Source: Phycisphaerae bacterium (GTDB taxonomy: Bacteria; Planctomycetota; Phycisphaerae; Phycisphaerales; UBA5793). From it: a stretch of DNA of 64,000 nucleotides. The stretch covers positions 126-64,125 of the forward strand of contig JBDIVQ010000004.1 in the NCBI GenBank assembly GCA_039794345.1, written 5' to 3'. Below, piece by piece: positions 46,170-55,187 of the stretch. How positions within the stretch are numbered: position 1 is the first letter of the stretch; the number at the start of each line of letters is the position of its first letter. The notes under the pieces were generated by a model. That model saw only the letters and a list, made by a program, of their open reading frames with translations. It did no database searches and had not been told where the DNA came from. The position numbers and the translations under genes are program-made.

Positions 46170-47048
46170 TCAGTGCCGGAATCGATGGAAGCGGTCGCGC
46201 TCCCGCGCCACCTCGATGCACACCTTGGCCCAGGGCTTGGCCTCGAGGCGCGGCAGGCTGATGGGCTTGCCCGTCACCTCGCAGATCCCGTAGGTGCCAT
46301 CCCTGATCTTCTCGAGCGAACGGTCGATCTCCAGGATCAACTCGCGCTCGGTGGCGGCCAACTGGAGAGCGAACTCCTGGTCAAAAGTGTCCGTCCCCGC
46401 ATCGGCCATGTGCATCGGGGCGTGGTTGGCGTCTCCCGATCCGCTTCCCCGCAGCGCGCCGGACTCCATCGCCTGAACGTCGCCGAGGATCTCGGCTCGT
46501 CGCTTGAGCAGAAGATCGCGGAAGTGATCCAGCTGCTTCTTCGTCAGGCGGGCAGGCGTGCTCCGGGCGTAGGCCGCGTCGTTGGGGTGCACCGGCGTCG
46601 GATCGAGCATCCCCGCCTTGCGCACCGGCAGCGATGGCGCCTTGCGGCGCGGCGGGGTGACAGGCGAAGAGTTGTGCGACGGGGAGGGACGCACTGCAGC
46701 GCCGGCGGCTGACGGGCCGACACGCCTGGAGGCCGGCCGCGCTGCACGCCCGGACCTCCGGGCCGAGGGCCGCGATCCCGACGCACGCCTCGGCGTACGC
46801 TTCTTCTTGCCCGCCTTCGGGGTGGAACTCCGTCGGACCGGCGCCTTGCGGCTGCTCTTCCTGGACGCGGGCCTGGATGCGGTCTTGCGCCTGGACCGGG
46901 CGGGTCGGCGCTTCGCCGCGCGCTTCCCGGGGGGCTTCTTCGCCTTCGGACGCTTCGGCCTGGTCCGTGCGGCGGCTTTCCTGGCAGGCTTCTTCTTCCG
47001 GCTGGGCCTGGCCTTGGCGGAAGTCCGGCTGGTCTTCTTTTTTGCCAC
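46170..47048 (-). CDS. dksA: DksA/TraR-family RNA-polymerase-binding protein with a long basic N-terminal extension
   Basis: GTG 47048 with GGGAG 7 nt upstream. About 170 aa of K/R/P/A-rich sequence precedes the DksA core: LTKKQLDHFRDLLLKRRAEIL, HMADAGTDTFDQEFAL and DGTYGICEVTGKPISLPRLEAKPWAKVCIEV. Confidence 0.8.
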   Translation of the reverse strand: MAKKKTSRTSAKARPSRKKKPARKAAARTRPKRPKAKKPPGKRAAKRRPARSRRKTASRPASRKSSRKAPVRRSSTPKAGKKKRTPRRASGSRPSARRSGRAARPASRRVGPSAAGAAVRPSPSHNSSPVTPPRRKAPSLPVRKAGMLDPTPVHPNDAAYARSTPARLTKKQLDHFRDLLLKRRAEILGDVQAMESGALRGSGSGDANHAPMHMADAGTDTFDQEFALQLAATERELILEIDRSLEKIRDGTYGICEVTGKPISLPRLEAKPWAKVCIEVARERDRFHRFRH

Positions 47049-47134
47049 GGCCAGGCTCCCTGGATCAATGTGGATAAGCCGAAAAGCGGTGGAAAATTTC
47101 GTGGAATGCCGCCGCGTCAGGTGCGGAGCCAAAA

Positions 47135-47163
47135 AGGATAGTCCACCCCGTGCAAGCGGTCAA
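47135..47163 (-). promoter_or_regulatory. Candidate promoter for the dksA-like gene
   Basis: Minus strand TTGACC (47163-47158), N17, TATCCT (47140-47135), about 85 nt upstream of GTG 47048. Pattern match only. Confidence 0.3.
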
Positions 47164-47193
47164 TTCGCGGCCGAACCGGCGGATTCGGCCAGG

Positions 47194-48177
47194 CTACGCC
47201 GGAGCAACCGCCTGCGCCACCACCCCGATCTGGCGAAGACGCTCATAGCGCCGGCGCACGAGATTCTCGATCTTGAATCTCTTAAGTTCGGTGATCTTGT
47301 CGATGATCCACCGCTGCAGCATCTCCGCAGCCTGCTCATGGTTGCGATGCGCTCCGCCCACCGGCTCTTCGACAATCTCGTCGATCGTGCCGAGTTTCAG
47401 GTTCTGTTCGGCCGTCAGATGCAGCGCCTGGGCCGCCGCCGCGTTCGTCTCGGGACGCGCCTGCTTCCAGAGGATCGCCGCGCACCCCTCCGGACTGATC
47501 ACCGAGTACCACGAGAAGCGCATCATCCCCACGCGGTCGGCGATGGCGATGCCCAGCGCGCCGCCCGATCCGCCCTCGCCGATGATGACGCTGACGATGG
47601 GCGTCCTGAGGCGGCTCATCTCGCGCAGATTCACCGCGATCGCCTCCGCCTGGCCCCGCTCCTCGGCGCCGAGGCCGGGATAGGCCCCCGGCGTGTCCAC
47701 CAGCGTCACCACCGGCAGGCTGAACTTCTCCGCCAGACGCATGTTCTTCAGCGCCTTGCGGTACCCTTCGGGATGCGCGCAGCCGAAGTTGCAGAGCATG
47801 CGCTCGTTGAGGTCGCGGCCCTTGCGGTGGGCGACGACCATGACCTTGAACTTGCCGATGCGGGCAAAGCCCGTGAGGATCGCCGGATCATCCCCGAAGT
47901 GCCGGTCCCCGTGCAACTGGCAGAAGTCCGAGCAGATCCGCCGCAGGTAGTCCGTGGACTGCGGCCGCCGGGGGTGGCGAGCGACGCGGCTGACGATGTC
48001 CCACGGCTCGAGGTGGGCGTAGATCTGCCTGAGCCGCTCCTCATGTTCGCGCCGCATCTCGTTCAGGCGGCGCTCCTCCTCGTCGGTGAGTGAGGCTCTG
48101 CCCGTCAGGCGGTCAATCTCCTCCTCCATGGGCAGGAGGGGGGCTTCGAAGGGGGCTCGATTCGAGTCACTGGCCAT
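47194..48177 (-). CDS. accA: Acetyl-CoA carboxylase carboxyltransferase alpha subunit
   Basis: 327 aa with HGDRHFGDDPAILTGFARIG, PEGYRKALKNMRLAEKFSLPVVTLVDTPGAYPG and IIGEGGSGGALGI. Confidence 0.95.
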   Translation of the reverse strand: MASDSNRAPFEAPLLPMEEEIDRLTGRASLTDEEERRLNEMRREHEERLRQIYAHLEPWDIVSRVARHPRRPQSTDYLRRICSDFCQLHGDRHFGDDPAILTGFARIGKFKVMVVAHRKGRDLNERMLCNFGCAHPEGYRKALKNMRLAEKFSLPVVTLVDTPGAYPGLGAEERGQAEAIAVNLREMSRLRTPIVSVIIGEGGSGGALGIAIADRVGMMRFSWYSVISPEGCAAILWKQARPETNAAAAQALHLTAEQNLKLGTIDEIVEEPVGGAHRNHEQAAEMLQRWIIDKITELKRFKIENLVRRRYERLRQIGVVAQAVAPA

Positions 48178-48263
48178 TCGCTTCGCCGTTCGAAATGAGG
48201 CGCGTTGCGGAGAGGGGCAATCCTAGCGCCATTGGGCCTCAAGCGTATTGCTGCGGGGCGGGT

Positions 48264-48308
48264 GTGAAGAGAAAGCGACGGACCCGGCGGGCAGGCCGCC
48301 GGGTCCGT
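48264..48308 (-). terminator. Rho-independent terminator after pseudopilin-like gene 48367..49287
   Basis: 13-bp perfect stem ACGGACCCGGCGG / CCGCCGGGTCCGT (48278..48308) with a 5-nt loop, followed on the minus strand by CGCUUUCUCUUC. Confidence 0.7.
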
Positions 48309-48366
48309 TTCGAGTCAGGCATCGCGCGGCGAGTCGCTCGCCGAGCAGTTGCTTCCACGTAGCCGA

Positions 48367-49287
48367 TCAGTTGATCGGATCCCAGTACTGGGTCGGGGCG
48401 GTGGTGTTGTCGGGGGAGTTGCCCCACATGCACAGCCAGATGTCCTTGCCGCCCGTGCCGCCGCTGATCGGATCCTGCTGCTTGAAGAGATTGTCAAGCA
48501 GATCCTTCTGGACGGAGACGTTGCGGTAGGTCACGCCCGCAGGGGCGAAGGCGAGGTGAGTCTGGTCCTCGGTCTGGCCGGGCGAACCATTCGGATCGAG
48601 ACCGGTCTGCTCCTGGAAGCCCAGGACGTGGCCGTCGTTGAAGCCGACGTTGCCGCTCCAGGTGGTGCGGGCGCCGTGGAAGAGGTAGGTCGGGCTCTTC
48701 TTGTCGGGAACGCCGTCGCGAACGCCGCGATCGGAAATGACGGCGTAGTTGGCGTTGAGGCTGTCGGCCCACTCGGCGTTGTAGCGGCTGCCGGCGGGGG
48801 CGAGGGTCGCATAGGACGCGTTCGTCTTCGCGTTCGTGTCCTGCACGTTGCAGGAGAAGTCGGGATCCCACATCCAGATGTCCTGCCAGCCCGGATCATC
48901 CTGCGTGCCGTAGCGGTACTTCGTCTTGACCTCGAGGTTGGAACTCGCGTCGCCCGGGCAGGTCACGACTTCAGGCGAGTAGTAGGTGTTGAAGATCATG
49001 TACGAATAGAAGTTGGCGGAGGAGTTGCCGTTCTGGCCGTACACGTTCACCCCGGCGGTTCCGGGGCTGATCTTCACAGGCTTGGGGTAGGTGCCGCCGA
49101 AGTCGTTGGCGAAGAGCACCATACCCTTGTGAATCTGGTTCACGCGCGTCGAGCAGGTGAGGAACTTGGCATTGTTGCGGGCACGCGCGAGCGCCGGCAG
49201 CAGGATGCCGATGAGCAGAGCGATGATGGCGATGACCACCAGCAGCTCGATGAGGGTGAACCCTCGGGACCGGGAAAGACGATGCAT
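48367..49287 (-). CDS. Prepilin-type N-terminal cleavage/methylation domain protein (DUF1559-like pseudopilin)
   Basis: 306 aa. [26 protein letters not shown], and near the C-terminus [21 protein letters not shown]. Confidence 0.85.
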   Translation of the reverse strand: MHRLSRSRGFTLIELLVVIAIIALLIGILLPALARARNNAKFLTCSTRVNQIHKGMVLFANDFGGTYPKPVKISPGTAGVNVYGQNGNSSANFYSYMIFNTYYSPEVVTCPGDASSNLEVKTKYRYGTQDDPGWQDIWMWDPDFSCNVQDTNAKTNASYATLAPAGSRYNAEWADSLNANYAVISDRGVRDGVPDKKSPTYLFHGARTTWSGNVGFNDGHVLGFQEQTGLDPNGSPGQTEDQTHLAFAPAGVTYRNVSVQKDLLDNLFKQQDPISGGTGGKDIWLCMWGNSPDNTTAPTQYWDPIN

Positions 49288-49677
49288 GGCTTGCTCCTTT
49301 GAATGATGGTATGGATGAGATCCAAAGCCAATGCTTCAATACACGCCCCCGCCGGACCTTCCGGCGGAACAGGGTGATTGTCGGGAGAATCCACGCCGCC
49401 GCCGGCAAAGTGCCTCAGCGGCACACCCGAACGCCGCCCCTCGGAAGGGAAGCGGCCGGCAACGTGGAAGGCGTCGGATTGTCGGCGGAACAGTCAGGGG
49501 GAGGGCGTTCGTCAAACCCTGGGAATAATGACAAATGAATGCGGATGTTCCTGAGTGTCTCAGCCTGGCCGGAGAGGCCGCGACGGCTCGCGCTCCGGCA
49601 CCTGTCTCTACGTCAAATATAGCGGATCGGTTGCTTTCGTCAAGGGGAAAGCGTGGAATCCGCGGTGCTTGGGCCTT

Positions 49678-49716
49678 CAGAAAAGCAGACCGGATCGGCG
49701 CGGGGCCGATCCGGTC
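49678..49716 (-). terminator. Rho-independent terminator after pseudopilin-like gene 49780..50718
   Basis: 12-bp perfect stem GACCGGATCGGC / GCCGATCCGGTC (49688..49716) with a 5-nt loop, followed on the minus strand by UGCUUUUCUG. Confidence 0.7.
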
Positions 49717-49779
49717 CATGAATCGAGGCTCCCCACCCGGAGGCCAGAGCCGGCCAGGCGCCCGGGTGCGTCGGCACAC

Positions 49780-50718
49780 TCAACGCTCGACGAGGGGGTC
49801 GAAGATGTTGCGGACGCGGAACCGGCTCACGACCTGCTGCTCGATCCAGAAGCTGATCTCGATGTCGAGGTCGGCGTCGGTCTGATCGAGCTTGAAGATG
49901 TTGTCAGGCGTCTGGAGGCCGTAAATGCCGCCCATGTTGGGGTTGAAGAAGTAAATGCCGTCCGGGACGAAGGCCATGTCGGCCTGGCCGTCGATGACGA
50001 GGCCGTCCACCTCGTAGCGCTCCGTGAAGCGGTTGACGCTGTTGTCGTTGTAGGCGATGTTGCCCGACCAGGCCTTGTTCGTTCCGTGGAGGATGTGGGC
50101 GAGGGTCGGATCGGCGTGCTTGCCGTCGCGTACGCCCCGGTCGCTCATGACCGCGTACTGCCCGTCATGGCTGGAACTGATCCACTGCTGGCGGAGGCGC
50201 TTTCCGGTGATGCGCATCATGGCGTAGGAGACGTTGCAGCCGTAGCCGACGGAGGAGTAGGTGTCGAGGAAGTTCCCGCCGAAGCGGTTGTCGAAGACCC
50301 CCTGGGTGTAGGTGTAATCGGGCTTGGTCGAATCCGTCTCGTACGCGTAGACCGGGATCGCGCGGATGTTCGGGTTGATCTCTCCGGGATCGACCGCGAA
50401 CTTGGGGTCGAAGAGTTTCTGGAAGATGAGCATCGACATGATGTTGCCCACGGAGTTCAGGCCGTGCCCCAGCGTCTGCGTGGACTGCGAGTGGGCGAGG
50501 TTGGCCTTTTCCGGGACGGGATAGGAGTCCTGGTTCGCGTCGCCGTAGAAGACCATTCCCTTGTGGATGTCGCGCTGCTGCGACGCGCACTGCATGAGGC
50601 GGGCGGTGCGGCGGGCGCGGGAGAGCGCCGGCAGCAGCAACCCGATGAGCAGGGCGATGATCGCGATGACCACCAGCAGTTCGATGAGCGTGAAGCCGAA
50701 TCGTCGATTTCTGGTCAT
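49780..50718 (-). CDS. Prepilin-type N-terminal cleavage/methylation domain protein (DUF1559-like pseudopilin), paralog
   Basis: 312 aa with [26 protein letters not shown] and [21 protein letters not shown]. Confidence 0.85.
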   Translation of the reverse strand: MTRNRRFGFTLIELLVVIAIIALLIGLLLPALSRARRTARLMQCASQQRDIHKGMVFYGDANQDSYPVPEKANLAHSQSTQTLGHGLNSVGNIMSMLIFQKLFDPKFAVDPGEINPNIRAIPVYAYETDSTKPDYTYTQGVFDNRFGGNFLDTYSSVGYGCNVSYAMMRITGKRLRQQWISSSHDGQYAVMSDRGVRDGKHADPTLAHILHGTNKAWSGNIAYNDNSVNRFTERYEVDGLVIDGQADMAFVPDGIYFFNPNMGGIYGLQTPDNIFKLDQTDADLDIEISFWIEQQVVSRFRVRNIFDPLVER

Positions 50719-51090
50719 GTCTGACCTCCTTGGATGTGGGCCGCGGCGGGCGGCGCGTCGTGCCCGTGTGGCGCGAACCCTCAGGACGACCGATCACCGC
50801 CGGAACTGCTGAGAGTCGCTTTACCGCCGAATTGTCCTTCGCCCGTCCACAAGGACGCGCGAAACCTCCGTGAGATTGAGCATGCGGGAAACCCGCGAGA
50901 CGGCGCCGGGATGCCGGCCGCCGCCGGACGCTCGAACACCCATCGCTTGCGCGGCGGGCCCGGCGCCATGCTCGATTCAGGTTGTCGGCGGGGCTGGAGG
51001 GTCAACCGGGGAACCCGGTGAATGATGGCGTGGAGTATTCGCGAATGAATTGGGAATGCTCAGCCGCCGCCAGATCGAATTGTCCGGACA

Positions 51091-51119
51091 AGGTTAAACG
51101 ATCTCGCGCCCCTTGTCAA
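51091..51119 (-). promoter_or_regulatory. Candidate promoter upstream of pseudopilin-like gene 49780..50718
   Basis: Minus strand TTGACA (51119-51114), N17, TAACCT (51096-51091), leaving a leader of about 365 nt. Weak -10; pattern match only. Confidence 0.25.
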
Positions 51120-51193
51120 GAGAAATCTTCGCAGGTTTACCCCTTTCGGTTCCAGTCAGTTCTGACTGCCCATCACCCTCGCCGGCCGGTGGC

Positions 51194-52405
51194 TCAGCGC
51201 GTGCCCCGCCCCGCCGGCAGCGCCGGGTGCGGATTCCCGGCAGCATCGAGAAGCAGCCGGGCAATGGCCGAAGCGGCATCGGCGGGTGGGCGCTGCGCGA
51301 GTGACCGGCGGACGCCCTCGCGGGCCTCACGATCAGCAATGAGGGCGAGGAGCCGCTGCCCGAGATGATCCAGGTTCGCCTGCGGATCCACTCGATCGTC
51401 CTCCACCCAGGCCAGGCCCGCGTCAACCCACGGCTGGGCGTTGAGGCGCTGATGCTGGTCCCGGTGCCAGGGATAGGGGGAAAACAAGGTCGGAACGCGA
51501 TTGGCCACCGCCTCTGCGACGCTCGACGCTCCGCACCGAGACAGCGCCAGGTCGGCCGCACCCCACGCAAGCGCCATCTCGCTGAGGAATGGGAGCACCA
51601 CGCTCGGAACAGCGCCGCCTGCATGAGCCCGCCGCACCTCATCGAAGTCTGATGCGCCCGTCAGGTGCAGGACCTGCCAGCCGGCGAACGCCTCCGGACT
51701 CTTCCGGAGCAGATCGGTCACGAGGCGGTTCAGAGTGCCGGCCCCCTGGCTGGCGCCAGTCACGAGGAGCGTCTGGCGATCCGGCGCCAGACCGAGGAGG
51801 CGGCGGCACTCGGATGGAGGCTCGGTCGCGATGGCGCGCCGGCGGATCGGCATTCCCACCACTTCGCGACTGAACGCCGGGTTGTCCGGACAGGCCACCG
51901 CCGACACGATGCGCGAGGCGAACCGGGCGGCGAGGCGGTTGGCCTTGCCGGGCACGACGTCGAGGTTGACGAGAATCACGGGCATGCCCGCAGCCCGAGC
52001 CGCGCGTGCCGCCGGCGCTGCGACGAAGCCGCCCATGAGAGCCATCACTGCGGGGCGCAACGGCGGGCTGCGATCAGCGAGGACGCGGCGCGTCTGGACG
52101 ACGGCCCGGTGCCAGCCGAGGGCGAAGCGCCCCACCGCCGCGGGAAAGGGCCGCCAGAGCAGCGGCTGCGCGGCAAGGGGGACGAACCTCTCGCGCGCCT
52201 CCGAGAGGATCGATGCGTCGATGCGCCGTTGCGAGCAAAGAAAGAGCACCTCGGCGCCGGTGGCAAGTTCGCGGATTCGCTCCGCGACGGCCAGGGCCGG
52301 GAACAGGTGCCCGCCTGAGCCCCCGCCGGCGAAGATCACCAGCGGCGCCGCGGCGGACCCCGGCTGCATTAAAGTCGATTCGGCACTCACGATGGATGAG
52401 AGCAT
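51194..52405 (-). CDS. murG: Undecaprenyldiphospho-muramoylpentapeptide beta-N-acetylglucosaminyltransferase
   Basis: 403 aa with LVIFAGGGSGGHLFPALAVAERI, VTGASQGAGTLN and CGASSVAEA. The start is 52405 or the Met at 52369. Confidence 0.9.
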   Translation of the reverse strand: MLSSIVSAESTLMQPGSAAAPLVIFAGGGSGGHLFPALAVAERIRELATGAEVLFLCSQRRIDASILSEARERFVPLAAQPLLWRPFPAAVGRFALGWHRAVVQTRRVLADRSPPLRPAVMALMGGFVAAPAARAARAAGMPVILVNLDVVPGKANRLAARFASRIVSAVACPDNPAFSREVVGMPIRRRAIATEPPSECRRLLGLAPDRQTLLVTGASQGAGTLNRLVTDLLRKSPEAFAGWQVLHLTGASDFDEVRRAHAGGAVPSVVLPFLSEMALAWGAADLALSRCGASSVAEAVANRVPTLFSPYPWHRDQHQRLNAQPWVDAGLAWVEDDRVDPQANLDHLGQRLLALIADREAREGVRRSLAQRPPADAASAIARLLLDAAGNPHPALPAGRGTR

Positions 52406-53322
52406 CGGCCGGATGTTTCGGCCTGGTACACACGGCCGGGAAGGGGGCGTCCCAGCGCTCGCTCGATGATCGCGCCGGCCTCAACGAGCCGCGACAAATC
52501 CACCCCCGTCTCCACTCCCATGCGACTGAGGCAGTAGACCACATCCTCGGTGGCGAGATTGCCTGCCGCGCCCGGTGCATAGGGGCAGCCGCCCAGCCCC
52601 CCTGCGGACCCATCGAAGGAGCGGACGCCGAGTTCGAGCGCGCGAAGGAGGCAGGCCAGGGCTGTGCCCCGGGTGTCGTGCAGATGCAGCGTTGTGTGGG
52701 CCGGCGCGACGACCTGGCCGACCGCGTCGTAGAGGCGGCTGATGTCGGTCGGCGCGGCGACGCCGATCGTCTCGCCGAGGTCAATCTCATCGACGCCGAG
52801 GTCCACGAGCCGCCGGGCGACGTCGGCCACCGCTCGCGGAGCGATCGCTCCTTCGTAGGGGCAGGCGACGGCGCAGGAGATGTAGCCGCGCACGATCAGG
52901 CCATCGGTCTTCGCGCACCTGATGACGGGTGCGAAGCGCTCGATGGACTCGGCGATGGAGGCGTTGATGTTCCGGCGATTGAACGATTCGGAGGCGGCAG
53001 TAAAGAGGGCGATCTTCCGGAGATCGCACGACGCCGCCGCCTCGTAGCCCTTGAGATTCGGCACGAGCGCGCTGTAGACGACGCCCGGCCGGCGCTGAAT
53101 GCCGGCGAAGACTTCGGCCGCATCACCGAGCTGCGGCACCCATTTCGCCGAAACGAAACTGCTGACTTCGATCTCCGCCACGCCGCTCCTCGAGAGCGCG
53201 TCGATGAAGGCGATCTTGTCAAGGGTCGAGACAGCCTGGTGCTCGTTCTGAAGTCCGTCCCGCGGCCCGACCTCTGTGATTCGAACGGCGGTCTGTTCGG
53301 CAGTGGGCATCGCGCGGATCAT
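52387..53322 (-). CDS. Hydroxymethylglutaryl-CoA lyase
   Basis: ATG 53322 with GGGGA about 8 nt upstream. 311 aa with ITEVGPRDGLQNE, LHLHDTRGTALA and GLGGCPYAPGAAGNLATEDVVY. Confidence 0.9.
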   Translation of the reverse strand: MIRAMPTAEQTAVRITEVGPRDGLQNEHQAVSTLDKIAFIDALSRSGVAEIEVSSFVSAKWVPQLGDAAEVFAGIQRRPGVVYSALVPNLKGYEAAASCDLRKIALFTAASESFNRRNINASIAESIERFAPVIRCAKTDGLIVRGYISCAVACPYEGAIAPRAVADVARRLVDLGVDEIDLGETIGVAAPTDISRLYDAVGQVVAPAHTTLHLHDTRGTALACLLRALELGVRSFDGSAGGLGGCPYAPGAAGNLATEDVVYCLSRMGVETGVDLSRLVEAGAIIERALGRPLPGRVYQAETSGRCSHPS

Positions 53323-53441
53323 AGAGCACTTCCCCTTCAGACGTGTGGCTGGGTGGCGGCAACGCCCTGCGCCGCCTGGGGCCGCGAGCGTTCGCCGCGC
53401 CCGCCACGCCTGCACCGGATCCGTCTGTTGCCGATTCGCAG

Positions 53442-53476
53442 AAAAAAACCGGGAGCGCGGCCGGGCCGCGCTCCCG
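53442..53476 (-). terminator. Rho-independent terminator after secreted paralog A
   Basis: 12-bp stem CGGGAGCGCGGC / GCCGCGCTCCCG (53450..53476) followed on the minus strand by GUUUUUUU (A7 at 53442..53448 on the plus strand). Confidence 0.8.
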
Positions 53477-53505
53477 TCGAGAATCACGATTGCACGTCGA
53501 TCAGA

Positions 53506-54612
53506 TTACGGAACCTGGGCGACGTTGCTGGTTTCGCAGCCGGGAACCTGAATGAGCTGCACGAAGCCGCCGCAGGAACCCTGGCCGGCCTGGGCATTGA
53601 CGCTGCCGCTGCCGCTGCCGGTTCCGATGGTGTTGTAGAGGCGGAGGTTTCGCGTTCCGAGGCCGAGTTGCGTGCCGGCGCACGTTCCGCTCTGGATCGT
53701 GAAGTTGCCGGTGTTGCTGGCGAAGAGGATGCCCTGCTGACGGCTGGGCTGCGCGCCGCTCCAGGCGAGGGTCACCTGGCCGGGGCACGTGCCGGTGATC
53801 GTGCAGGTGTAGGGCGGAGGTCCGCCGGCGCTGATGTCCAGATTGTCGAAGCCGACGACGTTGCCGGCCAGTCCGCCACCGGAGAACATGCGGAAGCCCG
53901 TGGGATGAGGCCGGCCGCCGGCCGATCCGCCTTCAAGGTACACGCCCGTGAGCGCCACGGTCGTGGTCTGATTGGTGGTCAGGTCCGTGATCGAGGCCTC
54001 GATCATCTGGTTGGTGGTGAAGTCGATTTTGGTCGCGAATCCGTACCAGTGGTTCATCGCGAGACCCGTCCACTCTGGACCTGGCAGAGCGCCGGGGGCA
54101 GCCATGGCGCTGCCGTCCGCGTTGTACGCGAGGTACGTTGCCTGCCAGGCCGTCGGGTTGTTGGTGTCGGGATAGGAGAAGAGATGAATGGCGCTGGCGC
54201 TGCCGGGATAGGGCTGGATCGAGAACGAACCGAGGTTGTTCGAGGCCGGGGGCTGACCGGTGTAGAGGCACGCCACGTCGTACTTCATCGTGGCCGCGGG
54301 CGAGGGCCACGTGATGTCGCGCTGGCCGCGGCTGTAGTTGGGTCCGGCCAGCCCCTGTCCCGCGGCGAACTGGTCTCCGCCCCGCGGATTGGCGGCGAAG
54401 CCGAAGATGTTCCCCGCATAGGTCATCGCCCAGTAGTCCACTCCGGAAGGAACGTAGAACCCGTCCTGGCCGGTCAGCGGCGTACCACCGGGGGACGCCG
54501 TGATGCCGTCGCTCGTCTCAAACCCGGTATCGTACTGCGCGAGCGACGCGCTCCCGAGCGCCAGCCCCGAGCCGGCGCAAGCCACAAGAATCATCGTGAA
54601 TCGCTTTGACAT
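53506..54612 (-). CDS. Secreted protein of unknown function, paralog A
   Basis: 368 aa. Signal peptide MSKRFTMILVACAGSGLALGSASLAQ. GAGGAGG 8 nt upstream of the ATG. Strongly similar to the product of 55188..56303. Confidence 0.8.
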   Translation of the reverse strand: MSKRFTMILVACAGSGLALGSASLAQYDTGFETSDGITASPGGTPLTGQDGFYVPSGVDYWAMTYAGNIFGFAANPRGGDQFAAGQGLAGPNYSRGQRDITWPSPAATMKYDVACLYTGQPPASNNLGSFSIQPYPGSASAIHLFSYPDTNNPTAWQATYLAYNADGSAMAAPGALPGPEWTGLAMNHWYGFATKIDFTTNQMIEASITDLTTNQTTTVALTGVYLEGGSAGGRPHPTGFRMFSGGGLAGNVVGFDNLDISAGGPPPYTCTITGTCPGQVTLAWSGAQPSRQQGILFASNTGNFTIQSGTCAGTQLGLGTRNLRLYNTIGTGSGSGSVNAQAGQGSCGGFVQLIQVPGCETSNVAQVP

Positions 54613-54853
54613 TTCCGGAACCTCCTCTGACGCTCGCGGTGCACTTCACACACGCGCACCGCTCACCTGTGAACGGACCCCCGGCCGCACAACATGTTCG
54701 GTCGGACGGTCCGCAAAGACAAACCGTCCCTGCTTCTGTCAGGGTCTTGGGCTGAGACAGCGCCTGAAAGTGGCCTGTCTGCGGCGCGCCGGACCACTGC
54801 GCGTCCAAGCGCCCTTCTCCCCCACAAACCCCCAACGTCATTTCAACTCGGGT

Positions 54854-54882
54854 ATTGGAACCGATTTTGAGGCGGCTGTCAA
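54854..54882 (-). promoter_or_regulatory. Candidate promoter of secreted paralog A
   Basis: Minus strand TTGACA (54882-54877), N17, TCCAAT (54859-54854), in a local AT-rich patch. The leader would be about 235 nt. Confidence 0.4.
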
Positions 54883-55104
54883 GGGAAAAATGCTGCATTT
54901 GCACGAGTTCGCGAAGCGACGCCACTTTCCAGACCATCGATCCCCTCTCCGGGGCATGGATTGACGGCCCTGCACCAAAGCCCCTGCCCGTTCAAGAAGC
55001 GTGACGGGGCAGCAGGGAGAGCGGCGGAATCGACCTGTGCCAGTGCCGTCGCTTCCCAACCATCTGCCGCGACCTGATCCGGAGCATGACCTTCCGGCGG
55101 CGGG

Positions 55105-55140
55105 AAAGAAAGTGGGCCCGGGCACATGGCCCGGGCCCAC
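55105..55140 (-). terminator. Rho-independent terminator after secreted paralog B
   Basis: 12-bp stem GTGGGCCCGGGC / GCCCGGGCCCAC (55112..55140) with a 5-nt loop, followed on the minus strand by UUUCUUUCCC. Confidence 0.7.
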
Positions 55141-55187
55141 ACGTGTGGCGCGAAACATGGTCTGGCAGACCCTGTCGGTCCCGTTGC

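Noticed and set aside
54518-54937. 139-aa minus-strand ORF (and the 54500..54964 plus-strand ORF) in the long region upstream of secreted paralog A
   Set aside because: It overlaps the start of the real gene in another frame. It has no ribosome-binding site and a Cys/Gly/Arg-rich composition. The region is better interpreted as a 5' leader downstream of the TTGACA-N17-TCCAAT box.
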